Shown: positions 48,201-63,316, counted from the first letter of the stretch. The stretch is DNA of 64,000 nt from Eledone cirrhosa (GCA_964016885.1 OZ024741.1:76198001-76262000), one strand, 5' to 3'. Translations and numbers: made by a program. The notes: generated from the sequence alone by a model not told the origin.

Positions 48201-49510
48201 CAATAACGGAGGAGTTTAAGACCGGATGCCCATGGGAACTCCTGTATGCTGATGACCTCGCACTCATAGCTGAATCTATGGTAGAACTAGAGAATAAATT
48301 CCAAACCTGGAAGCAGGGACTAGAGAGAAAGGGCCTCAAAGTCAACATGACAAAGACTAAGGTCCTTATAAGTAGACGAGAAAACAGAACCCAGATCCCC
48401 TCAGGGAAATGGCCTTGCTCAGTATGTAGGAAAGGTGTAGGTAGGAACTCCATTCTTTGCCCCAAATGCAAACAATGGGTACACAAGAGATGTAGCGGGA
48501 TCTCAGGAAGCTTAATTAAGAATGTAGGATTCACATGCAGCAGCTGTGCTGAAACAGCAAGCAAACAGCCACAGGAAACAAGTACCACCAATCTCTGGGA
48601 GGGCCCTGTAGAAACAGTAGACAGCTTCTGCTACCTAGGTGACCGAATTAGCAGCGGAGGTGGGTGCTCAGAAAGTACAATAACTAGGGTAAGAACGGGA
48701 TGGAAGAAGTTTAGGGAACTACTACCACTGCTAGCTGCAAAAGGCTTCTCCCTCAGAATGAAAGGCAGACTGTATGATGCGTGTATCCGAACAGCGATGT
48801 TGCATGGTAGTGAGACCTGGGCGCTGAAGGTGGAAGACTTACGTAGATTAGAGAGAAACGAAGCCTGCATGCTCCGATGGATGTGTAACAGTAATATACG
48901 TGAACGACAAAGCATAAATGAATTGAGAGAGAGACTGAGCATAAGAGGAATCAAATGCTGCGTGCAGGAGAGGCGGTTACGCTGGTATGGACATGTGATG
49001 CGTATGAAGGATGACAGCTGCATAAAAAGGTGCAGAGCACTAGAAGTTGATGGAAACCGCGGAGTGGGGAGACCCAAGATGACTTGGGATGAGGTGACAA
49101 AAGCCGACCTTACCCAACTACACCTCTCAAAGTCAATGACACACGACCGTGACTTCTGGCGTCCCGCAGTAATACAGGGTACCCGACCTCCCATGGGTAC
49201 ATGCTGAAGCATATAAACAATATGCCCCCCCCCCACACACACACACACACCGCAAGGTGGTCGTGGAGGTGCCACGGCAAAAAAGCACCCAGCCCACACT
49301 GTAAAGTGGACGTGTAGGCGCCACGAAAAAGCACCCAGCACTCACTGTAAATGAGGTTGGTGTTAGGAAGGGCATCCAGCTGTAGAAATCAAGCCAGATC
49401 AGTTCCTGTATGAGCAAGGCATGGTCAGCCGACCAGACACTGCCCACAACAGGACAACCCGTCTAACCCATGCTAGCGTGGAAGAACGGACGTAAAACGG
49501 TGATGATGAT
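45266..49510 (+). mobile_element. Full-length, apparently intact RTE LINE with ~1.4 5' monomers, 5' UTR, ORF, 3' UTR and (GAT)n tail
   Basis: Single uninterrupted ORF; the same minisatellite flanks both ends. Confidence 0.95.
46088..49207 (+). CDS. RTE-clade LINE polyprotein (APE endonuclease + reverse transcriptase with PHD-like finger), 1039 aa
   Basis: GTINV, QETRW, SAYAPQ, GDFNGHVG, LDFIL (APE); [32 protein letters not shown] (RT). Confidence 0.96.
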   Translation: MNLRATKHPREAPTQRPSPTSVDKCPKLRVGTINVGSMKGRAGEIVEMLERKEVDVCCVQETRWRGGSARVLVGKSQCYKFFWVGNDDGMGGVGILLADKWVDKVISVYRVNARIIKLRLVLNKTITTIISAYAPQSGLPDELKDRFYESLIHTTALTDDKDFLIIAGDFNGHVGKHCDGFNRVHGGHGVGTRNEEGFRLLEFCDANDMSICNTNFKKPDNHLITYRSGEHSSQLDFILIRGRDRWTVVNTKAFPSEECTSQHSLVVSDLTVRTRRALKQRPTWRRKIWKLKVPSTSNRFKDILLNAYDSKEEQIETFNVEENWEFLKNNLLEATDEVCGWSKTSSRRRVTWWWNNKVDEAVKAKRQAWKEWKNGGSRVHYIETKREARRQVYLARREAEDRKFKHVLQREDQKQEVFKIARQCVRDSCDVIGEKCIRNDKGELALTSAEKKDAWKSHYDRLLNEENAWEEETLPHVDPIEGPAVQVSGSVVSKAIRDMKIGKATGPSGIAAEMLKASGSVGHTITTRIVNQVILEGAIPKDWCSSIIVNCYKGKGDALDRGNYRGIKLMDQVMKVTERVIAQLIRDRVNIDEMQFGFVPGKGTTDALFLVRQLQEKYLAKSKPLYLAFVDLEKAFDRVPRAVIWWALRKLGVDEWLVKAVQAMYRGAVSKVRIGNEYSEEFSVQVGVHQGSVLSPLLFIIVLQAITEEFKTGCPWELLYADDLALIAESMVELENKFQTWKQGLERKGLKVNMTKTKVLISRRENRTQIPSGKWPCSVCRKGVGRNSILCPKCKQWVHKRCSGISGSLIKNVGFTCSSCAETASKQPQETSTTNLWEGPVETVDSFCYLGDRISSGGGCSESTITRVRTGWKKFRELLPLLAAKGFSLRMKGRLYDACIRTAMLHGSETWALKVEDLRRLERNEACMLRWMCNSNIRERQSINELRERLSIRGIKCCVQERRLRWYGHVMRMKDDSCIKRCRALEVDGNRGVGRPKMTWDEVTKADLTQLHLSKSMTHDRDFWRPAVIQGTRPPMGTC

Positions 49511-49597
49511 GTATGTGTATGTATATATGTATACATATATAAATGTATATATATATATATATGTATGTGTATGTATATATGTATACATATATAAATG

Positions 49598-49628
<31 letters not shown>

Positions 49629-51889
49629 GTATGTATACATATATAAATGTATATATATATATGTATGTGTATGTATATATGTATACATATATAAATGTAT
49701 ATATATATATATGTATGTGTATGTAGACATATATAAATGTATATATATATATATGTATGTGTATGTATATATGTATACATATATAAATATATATGTATGT
49801 GTATTTATATTTATATATTCATTATCAAACTTACCTCTATATGATTTGTAACTTGTACTGGAGAGTTGAAAAATATTTACCTGGAATGTTATCTCTTGAC
49901 TCACCCTGCACTGAATTCCATTGTTGTTATTGTGATAGCCATCATCATCACCATTATTATTATTATAATTTTATTTATTATTATTGTTGTTGTTGTTATT
50001 GTTGTCATCATTATTACTGGGTATTAACCCAAATTTCATATCTCTTCTTACCATAGTCTCCCTCCTTTTTCTTGCTCTTTCTTTATTCTCTTCCTGTCTC
50101 AACTTTCTATTTATCCCTCCTCTTCATTTCCGCTGTCTATCAACAGTAGCTGTTAATCTCTATTGCTCTTTCTCCTGTCAACCACACACACTCGTGCACA
50201 CACATGATACTTTGAGACATTCCTTTCTTTATTTCAACAATCACGAAACTAATAAGACTCAGTGGTTGCATCCCTCCTATGTTTACCTTTTTTAATTATG
50301 CAGTGGCTGGACTGGTCAGGTTACTAGGTACTACTAGTACACTTTATTTTGGCTTAGTTTCTACAGCTGGATGCCTTTCCTAATGCCAACTACTTTACAG
50401 TGTGTACTGGGAGCTGCTTTCTATGGCTCGATGCCCTTCCTAACACTAACCACTTATGTGTGTGTTGGGATCATTTTATCATGACTCTGTTAGTTAGTGA
50501 GAGCCCTACGCAACCAGATGCTTTCAGCATCTCAGCTACTATCTCTGATGGACCTGCTTTGCTTGTCTTCATATCCTTAATGCCTTACTTACCACCATGC
50601 ATCTAAATTGGATGGCTGGCCCCTCTGTTGGGTTTGCTTGAGGCAGACCATCTTCTTTCTATGCATTCTCCTCATTTAACTGTTTCTCAATAGATTTTTC
50701 CATGCTTCGTCTCAGCAATGGTGAGGCCAAGTGTGCCACTGTCATTTCAGACGCATTACTCTCCAACAAATATCTTGTATACACATACATTTTTTTAACT
50801 TATGCATAAACACTCATACTCATCATACACAACCAGTACAAATCATGTAATCCTATACAGCCAGTTAGCCATCAAAATTCATGCCTTCCATTCCACTCCC
50901 TTTACAACCACAAAGCTGGGGTCACCTTTAACGCTTTTGATGCCAACCCAGCGGACTCTAGTTCTATGAAATAAAAGCATCTAATTTGAAGGGTTCCTAT
51001 TTAAACTAAAATCTTCCAACATAATTTCATATGAAACCTGGATGTTAAGTTAGTATTTCAATGATGAAATAATTCATACTTTTAGTAAATCTTTTAAAAT
51101 TCTGCAGTAATTCATTGTAAAAGAGTGTATTTCATTAAAAATATGGTGGTGAATTGGCCATGGGCAGTGACTCTTAAAGATACCTCTTATACATCACACA
51201 CACTGTTTTATACTTTTCTAAAACATCTTGCTAATGTGGATACATGTGGTGTAGGACTTTGAATTAAACAGGTTTTTCATTTTCCTTAATTTGGTTGATT
51301 ATTGTCAGTCATGCTTTGACTGTTCCTACCTTTAAAAACTGATGTTTGTTTTTTCCTATTTGTGTTTTTTTTTAGTTTCTCACCAGATTTAATGACAATG
51401 TTATCATTCTCATCATATTCATCAGATCTTGTTGTACATTCAATGTTTTCTCTCTTGCCAGCTATTACTATATGTTAACCCCACACACCAATACACTCAT
51501 ATAGTTTATAGTTCAGTTGTTCTACCATAGGTAGTATAGCCATTTTTATACTTTTCCTGTATTTTTCTTTAATAATTTTAATAAGCCTCTCAAAACCATT
51601 CATGAATCAAACGAAGCACAGTGTATTTCATTAGATATACTGTCATAAAAAGGTTAAGTAACTACCTGCACTACTAGAGTATCAGAGTAACAACTGGCTA
51701 GATGGGTTTCTTGTCTCTCTAGTCTGTGGCTAGTTAGATTACCTGTCCTTCTAGACAGACAACTGAGTAACAGGTTAAATGGATATTTGGAATGATATTT
51801 ATCTCTAAATTTTCCATAATTCAATATAAAAACTGTTATGTACCAAATACCAGCTTGATAATGAGTTCATTATACTAGCAGACTCCTCC

Positions 51890-52350
51890 ACATATGATAG
51901 CTGAACAAAGTCCCAGACTTAGAAGTCCTGAAACAGGCTTGCATCCACAATATCCATACCCTCCTACCGAAGATCCAAGTTAGATGGACAGGTCTTGTTC
52001 TCTGACAGCAAATTACTGAAACAGGTACTGCATGGAGAGCTGAACAAGGACAAGCACTCTATCAGTGGACAGATGAAACATTTCAAAGACAATGAAAAAG
52101 TGTCCTTCAAAAACCTCAACATCAATCCCAGTATCTAGGAATTACTTTCCCTGGATTGCCCAACTTGGTGAAGCAAAATCTTTGAGGGAGCATGTGCAGC
52201 AGAAACCAAACATATCACAGAGACTCATAGGAAGTGCTCCGTGTACTAGACATGGTCTATGTCCACTTCCACATATGCCCCATATGTGGTAGCAGTTTCC
52301 GGCCCCAGATAAGCTTCACCAGTGACCTCTGAACACCCCACTGCTAAAAG
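51890..52350 (+). mobile_element. Highly degraded RTE/BovB-like 3' fragment
   Basis: Translatable remnants QVRWTG and KQVLHGEL..KHSISGQMKHFKD. Confidence 0.5.
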
Positions 52351-52677
52351 TCCTCCACTCAACATTGATATCCTGGTCATCTTGGATTGTGTATGTGAGG
52401 GAAGGAGGATCCATAGATGGAAGATCAAAGAAAACAGTGCTCAATCTGTCACAAGAGAGCTCATTTAGTATGAACAGTTTCATACATTTAACATGTACAT
52501 GTGACCGTTGGTTTCAGAGTCCAGTTGTGGCTGCCACCTTCTATTGGAGGAGGCACTGTATATATATATATACAGACATACATATGTACATAAACATATA
52601 TATATATATATATATATAAACATATATATATATATACATATATATGAACATATATATATATATACCTATATATATAT

Positions 52678-53043
52678 AAGTTGGGATAGGATGAAACGAA
52701 ATTTCATTTCTCACTCTTAGTACGGCACTTACTTAAATGTAGGTATGTATGTATACGTACATACATATATGTATACAGACGTACAGTAGCATGCATATAT
52801 ATATATATATATATATACATATATATACATACAGGTACACATATATATATGTACGTATCAGTTTAGCGGACGTTTATTATAACGCCCACTGTGTCAGTGT
52901 TGAACAAAAAGGTGACGTGGTTGCCTTAACACCGTACGGCATAAATCAGGCTGTCCGTTTATTTACAAACGGACAAAGCGGGCGTTATAATAAACGTTCG
53001 CTAAACTGATACGTACATATATATATGTGTACCTGTATGTATA

Positions 53044-53076
<33 letters not shown>

Positions 53077-53193
53077 GCATGCGACTGTACGTCTGTATAC
53101 ATATATCTATGTACGTATACATACATACTTACATTTAAGTAAGTGCCGTACTAAGAGTGAGAAATGAAATTTCGTTTCATTCTATTACAACTT
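52678..53193. repeat. Palindromic (fold-back) diverged copy of the 466-bp unit
   Basis: ~210-bp arms at 52678-52887 and 52980-53193 around a ~92-bp spacer that is also unit sequence; (TA)n on both sides. Confidence 0.92.
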
Positions 53194-55286
<2,093 letters not shown>

Positions 55287-56046
55287 TAAATTGAAACAAA
55301 ATGAAAACGAAATTTCATTTCTCACTCTTAGTATGGCACTTACTTAAATGTAAGTATGCATGTATACGTACATACATATATGTATACAGACGTATGGCAT
55401 AAATTCAGGCTGTTCAGTTTGTTTACAAACGAACAAAGCGACGTTAGCGCCGCTAAACTGATACGTGCATATATGTATGTGTACCTGTATGCATATGTAT
55501 GTATATATGTATATATATATATATATGTGCATGCTACTGTACGTCTGTATACATATATGTATGTACGTATACATGCATACTTACATTTAAGTAAGTGCCA
55601 TACTAAGAGTGAGAAATGAAATTTCGTTTTCATTTTGTTTCAATTTATCGTTTTCGGTATGCCTGACCGATTTAACTCACTCAATATGCAAATTAGGCTG
55701 CTCAGCCGTTAATTTTCATAAGGAAAGTATATACTTTCGAACGTTCAACTATCTGGCAGATGGGTAAACGGTGCTGATGATAGCTAACAAGCTTGAAACT
55801 AGTACATCGTTCCTGTGTCAGTGTTGAACAAAAAGGTGACGTGGTTGCCTTAACACCGTATGGCATAAATTCAGGCTGTTCAGTTTGTTTACAAACGAAC
55901 AAAGCGACGTTAGCGCCGCTAAACTGATACGTGCATATATGTATGTGTACCTGTATGCATATGTATGTATATATGTATATATATATATATATGTGCATGC
56001 TACTGTACGTCTGTATACATATATGTATGTACGTATACATGCATAC
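55287..56046 (+). repeat. 1.4 units of the 466-bp repeat with a 5' inverted segment
   Basis: 55287-55394 is inverted relative to 55391-56046; junction shares CGTA. Confidence 0.95.
55767..55811 (+). ncRNA. Minimal type I hammerhead ribozyme motif
   Basis: Identical to 4097-4141. Confidence 0.85.
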
Positions 56047-56062
56047 CTATATATATATAAAT

Positions 56063-56111
<49 letters not shown>

Positions 56112-56124
56112 AATATATATATAA

Positions 56125-56179
<55 letters not shown>

Positions 56180-56248
56180 AATATATATATATGTATATAT
56201 ATATATAAATATATATATAAATATATATATATGTATATATATATATAA

Positions 56249-56307
<59 letters not shown>

Positions 56308-56534
56308 AATATATATATATAAATATATATATGTATATATAAATATATATATGTATATATAAATATAAATATATATATGTATATATAAATATATATATAT
56401 AAATATATATATGTAAATATATATAATATCTTTATATATATATATATATAAATATATATATATAAATATATATATAAATATATATATGTATATATAAATA
56501 TATAAATATAAATATATATATATAAATATATATA

Positions 56535-56578
<44 letters not shown>

Positions 56579-56594
56579 TATATATGTATATATA

Positions 56595-56685
<91 letters not shown>

Positions 56686-56879
56686 CTATATATAAATATA
56701 TAAATATATATATATCTATATATAAATATATATATATATATATCTATATATAAATATATAAATATATATATATCTATATATAAATATATAAATATATATA
56801 TATCTATATATAAATATATAAATATATATATATCTATATATAAATATATAAATATATATATATCTATATATAAATATAT

Positions 56880-56911
<32 letters not shown>

Positions 56912-56951
56912 CTATATATAAATATATATATATATATATATAAATATATAT
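56047..56951. repeat. (TA)n microsatellite
   Basis: Directly visible. Confidence 0.95.
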
Positions 56952-57761
56952 ATAAAATATTTAAAAAATAATGAATAAAACAATGAAACAGTTCCTTATA
57001 TTAAACAAAAAAAGTTCATTATTTAACGATCGTTTCTAGGATATATATGTGTTAGAATTGGCATGCATATTCAACAGATCTATGTACAAAATTATACAAA
57101 ATTATACAAACTATCAAAATTAAATATACATACCAACACATATATATGCCGTCTTCAGAAATAATGAAATATATTTATTGATAATAACAACAATTCAAAA
57201 TTACAGGTCTGTTTGGGAACAGAGTTCAAATTGACCAATGAAAACACAAAAAGTTTATACAGTTAGGTGTGTGTATATATGTAAGTAACTTCGTTCACAG
57301 ATATGCATAAAAATATATGTTCACATGCATACGCATGCCGAAAAGATGTATGTAAATACAAAAATTCAGGGCTAATGTCTCTGTATGTTTATAATCTACA
57401 GATAAAATACATATACGCATATAAATATAAAAATAAATGTATACACATTCATATACTCACACATATACATACATTCACACACACACGCGCGGATACGCAT
57501 AAACATACACACAACCACGAACATACATACACACACACACCCCCACACACATATATGTGTATATACTATTATCATAAGCATATGGACATTAATGCGCGCA
57601 CATAAACACTGCCACACATATTTAGATCCAGATATCTGTTGAATATGCATGCCAATTCTAACACATATATATCCTAGAAACGATCGTTAAATAATGAACT
57701 TTTTTTGTTTAATATAAGGAACTGTTTCATTGTTTTATTCATTATTTTTTTAATATTTTAT
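56952..57761. repeat. 128-bp inverted repeats around a ~555-bp spacer
   Basis: 56952-57079 is the near-perfect reverse complement of 57634-57761. Confidence 0.92.
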
Positions 57762-57893
57762 CTTGACTCTGTATTCCGTTTATCTTTCACCGAAAGTGAT
57801 TTTTCATTGCATCTCTTCTTTCCATGATATCCGGATTACATTGAGTTCTTCATACGGATTGGACACTACCGTAAACTCTTGGTAGATTTATCT

Positions 57894-59143
<1,250 letters not shown>

Positions 59144-60042
59144 AGACCAAAGTACTAGTTTGTAGGAAAGAAAACAAGGCGGCGGTCCCTTCTGGGAAAT
59201 GGTCGTGCTCGGTGTGTAGGAAAGGCGTAGGTAGAAACTCCATTTTATGTCCTAAATGCAAAGTATGGGTGCATAAAAGATGTAGTGGGATCACAGGTAA
59301 GCTAACTAAGAACATAGATTTTACATGTGGCCGGTGCTCTGGTGCAATAAGTAGCAGCAAGTGCCCACAAAATACTACCTCTTTCAATTGCGCAGAGGCT
59401 TCTATAGAAATAGTGGACAGCTTCCGTTACCTGGGCGATAAAATCAGCAGTGGGGGAGGGTGCTCTGAAAGTACTGTAGCTAGAGTCAGAACTGGTTGGA
59501 AAAAGTTCAGAGAGCTTATACCACTATTAGCTGCTAAAGGGTTCTCACTAAAAATGAAAGGCAGGTTGTACGACGCCTGCATACGAACAACAATGCTGCA
59601 TGGCAGTGAGACCTGGGCATTGTGTGCAGAGGATATACGCAGACTAGAGAGGAACGAAGCTTGCATGCTCCGCTGGATGTGTAACAGTAATATACGTGAA
59701 CGGCAAAGCATAAACGAACTAAGGAAAAAATTAGAGATAAGAGGGATCAGATGTTGTTTACTCGAGAGAAGGCTACGTTGGTATGGACACGTGATGCGCA
59801 TGAAAGTCGATAGCTGTATAACAAAGTGCAGGGCAATAAAGATAGACGGTAGTCACGGAATAGGCAGACCTAGAAAAACCTGGGACGAGCTGATAAACTC
59901 CGACATCACACACTTACACCTCTCCAAGACAATGTCACTGGACCGAGACCTTTGGCGGTACTCAGTAACAGAGAAGACCCGCCTTACCTAAATATATAGT
60001 AAAACCTACTCCAGCCAGTAGGCATCTCTAACAAAATACAAC
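59144..60042 (+). mobile_element. RTE subfamily B fragment truncated at both ends
   Basis: ORF to 59991 matches the C-terminal third of RTE; 3' UTR breaks off at ~60042. Confidence 0.9.
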
Positions 60043-60269
60043 TGTGTCTGCTTGCTTTGGCTAACCCGCCTGCACCTTGCTTTCGGCCTCTTGCTACTGC
60101 ACGTGAATTCTCCTACCTTCCTTCGATGCACCTCTGTTTGACCATTGGACTCCTGCCCGGGTGTGAACCGGTTTGTGATTACCCCACCGCTCAACTGTGT
60201 GAATGCACACCCGTGACTTTCGAGTGAACTTTTGAGACTGCCCAACCTGGGACGCCTCCATTGCCTTGC

Positions 60270-60430
60270 AATGGTCAAGTGATACTGGTGACTGTGACAC
60301 TTAGTGCCTTCGTGGGCCCCTGATATTTTCAAGAAATATATTCTAAAAAAATGGTCAAGTGATACAGATAACTGTGACACTTAGTGCCTTCGTGGGCCCC
60401 TGATATATTCAAGAGATATATTCTAAAAAA
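60270..60430. repeat. 80-bp tandem duplication
   Basis: ATGGTCAAGTGATAC at 60271 and 60351. Confidence 0.9.
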
Positions 60431-60434
60431 TATA

Positions 60435-60603
60435 TATCTTATTTCAAATTACTTTATTTTATTTTATTTTATTTAATTTCATTTTATTTCATTTTATTTA
60501 ATTTTATTTATTTATTTATTTAATTTCATTTATTTATTTATCTACTTATTTATTTATTTATTTAATTTTAATTTTAATTTTAATTTTATTTATTTATTTA
60601 ATT

Positions 60604-60635
<32 letters not shown>

Positions 60636-61205
60636 TTACATTTAATTATATCTTATATTATATTATTTTACTTTAGTCTATTTTATTTTATTTTATTTTA
60701 GTTTACCTTATTTTATCTTATTTTATGATTATATTATATTATGTTCTATTTTATATAATTTTAATTTTAATTTTATATTATTTTATTTCATTCCTTACCC
60801 TGTATCACTATTATCTGTATATTTTATATTTTATATTTTATATGTAAGTTTGTTATATTTTTTTATATTTTTATATTTTTTTATATTTTCTTATATATAT
60901 TATAAGTCTGTTTTTCACCTATTTTTTACCTACTCTTACCTAATCCTATCTATCTTATCTACTCTTGTCTGTTCTCTTATCCATGTGTATGCTTGTATGT
61001 AACTATATGTTGACAGCACCCCGCCCAACTGTGACTGATAGCACCCCTTATTTTTCATTGTTTATTTTATTATTTTTATTTTTATTTTTATTTTTATTTT
61101 TATTTTTATTTTTATTTTTATTTTTATTTTTATTTTTATTTTTATTTTTATTTTTATTTTTATTTTTATTTTTATTTTTATTTTTATTCTTATTTTTACT
61201 TTTAC
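60435..61205. repeat. (TTATT)n / (TTTTTA)n low-complexity tracts with a unique spacer
   Basis: Directly visible. Confidence 0.85.
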
Positions 61206-61287
61206 TTCCTTAATATCCTTTATCTTCTATTATTTTTCATTCTTCAATGTCTTGGATTTGTTATTGCTTGTATGGTATGTAATTAAC

Positions 61288-61345
61288 CTTTATGCTCTGA
61301 TGAGTCCGACTTATAGTGCGGATGAAACAATGTTAGCAAGTAAAG
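61288..61345 (+). ncRNA. Type I hammerhead ribozyme motif (single copy, different family)
   Basis: CTTTA-TGCT-CTGATGA-GTCCG..CGGAT-GAAAC-AAT-GTT/AGCA-AG-TAAAG; stems I and II pair; GUU triplet at 61332-61334. Confidence 0.75.
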
Positions 61346-61467
61346 ATATGCATATGCTATAGGCGTTCTTTGTTATTTATTATATATATTTATATATATA
61401 TATATTTATATTTATATATATATATTTATATTTATATATATATTTATTTATGAAATATATATATATT

Positions 61468-61498
<31 letters not shown>

Positions 61499-61535
61499 AT
61501 ATTTATATATATATATTTATATTTATATATATATT

Positions 61536-61568
<33 letters not shown>

Positions 61569-61583
61569 TTATATATTTATATT

Positions 61584-61622
<39 letters not shown>

Positions 61623-61623
61623 T

Positions 61624-61788
<165 letters not shown>

Positions 61789-61921
61789 ATATATTTTTAT
61801 ATATATATTTTTATATATATATATATATATTTTTATATATATATTTTTATATATATATATATATATTTTTATATATATATTTTTATATATATATATATAT
61901 ATATATTTTTATATATATATA

Positions 61922-61960
<39 letters not shown>

Positions 61961-61966
<6 letters not shown>

Positions 61967-62988
61967 ATAAATGCTCTGAAATAGCGATATATATGTGAAT
62001 ATAGACATAGAATATTCGAAAATATTCTGTATGTTTATAATAAACATTTTGAAGACCTAATCGCTATAGAATAGAATACGTCACGTATTACAATTAGATT
62101 CTCGATAAAAGCAAGGGAAGTAATCTACGCGTTTCATTCTTGTTAGAAATCATCAGGACTACATATCCAGTGCTTTTATCGAGAATGACACAGCTAGAGA
62201 CTTATAGAATACTTAGCTGTGTACAGGAACTGGTTTGAAAGAGCGGTTGCCGGTCCGGCAGAAATTAGAAATTGGAATAAATGCTCTGAAATAGCGATAT
62301 ATATGTGAATATAGACATAGAATATTCGAAAATATTCTGTATGTTTATAATAAACATTTTGAAGACCTAATCGCTATAGAATAGAATACGTCACGTATTA
62401 CAATTAGATTCTCGATAAAAGCAAGGGAAGTAATCTACGCGTTTCATTCTTGTTAGAAATCATCAGGACTACATATCCAGTGCTTTTATCGAGAATGACA
62501 CAGCTAGAGACTTATAGAATACTTAGCTGTGTACAGGAACTGGTTTGAAAGAGCGGTTGCCGGTCCGGCAGAAATTAGAAATTGGAATAAATGCTCTGAA
62601 ATAGCGATATATATGTGAATATAGACATAGAATATTCGAAAATATTCTGTATGTTTATAATAAACATTTTGAAGACCTAATCGCTATAGAATAGAATACG
62701 TCACGTATTACAATTAGATTCTCGATAAAAGCAAGGGAAGTAATCTACGCGTTTCATTCTTGTTAGAAATCATCAGGACTACATATCCAGTGCTTTTATC
62801 GAGAATGACACAGCTAGAGACTTATAGAATACTTAGCTGTGTACAGGAACTGGTTTGAAAGAGCGGTTGCCGGTCCGGCAGAAATTAGAAATTGGAATAA
62901 ATGCTCTGAAATAGCGATATATATGTGAATATAGACATAGAATATTCGAAAATATTCTGTATGTTTATAATAAACATACAGAATATTT
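61961..62988 (-). repeat. 310-bp tandem array (3.3 identical units) between (TA)n tracts; one hammerhead per unit
   Basis: ATTGGAATAA at 61961, 62271, 62581, 62891. Confidence 0.97.
62120..62162 (-). ncRNA. Minimal type I hammerhead ribozyme motif (copies at 62430-62472, 62740-62782)
   Basis: Minus strand GTAGTC-CTGATGA-T-TTCT-AACA-AGAA-T-GAAAC-GC-GTA/GATTAC; enclosed by a 16-bp stem 62098-62113/62171-62186. Confidence 0.87.
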
Positions 62989-63028
62989 ATATATATATAT
63001 TTATATATATATATTTATATATATATAT

Positions 63029-63060
<32 letters not shown>

Positions 63061-63061
63061 T

Positions 63062-63118
<57 letters not shown>

Positions 63119-63121
63119 ATT

Positions 63122-63225
<104 letters not shown>

Positions 63226-63283
63226 TATATATATATATTTATATATATATATATTTATATATATATATTTATATATATATATT

Positions 63284-63316
<33 letters not shown>

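Noticed and set aside
47962-49341. Antisense ORFs of 209-236 aa over the RTE (also at 27115-27744)
   Set aside because: Shadow frames of the RT coding sequence with no independent protein features.
57636-57692. CTGTTGA...GAAACGATCGTT as a complete hammerhead
   Set aside because: Core is CUGUUGA rather than CUGANGA and stem I does not pair; at most a remnant.
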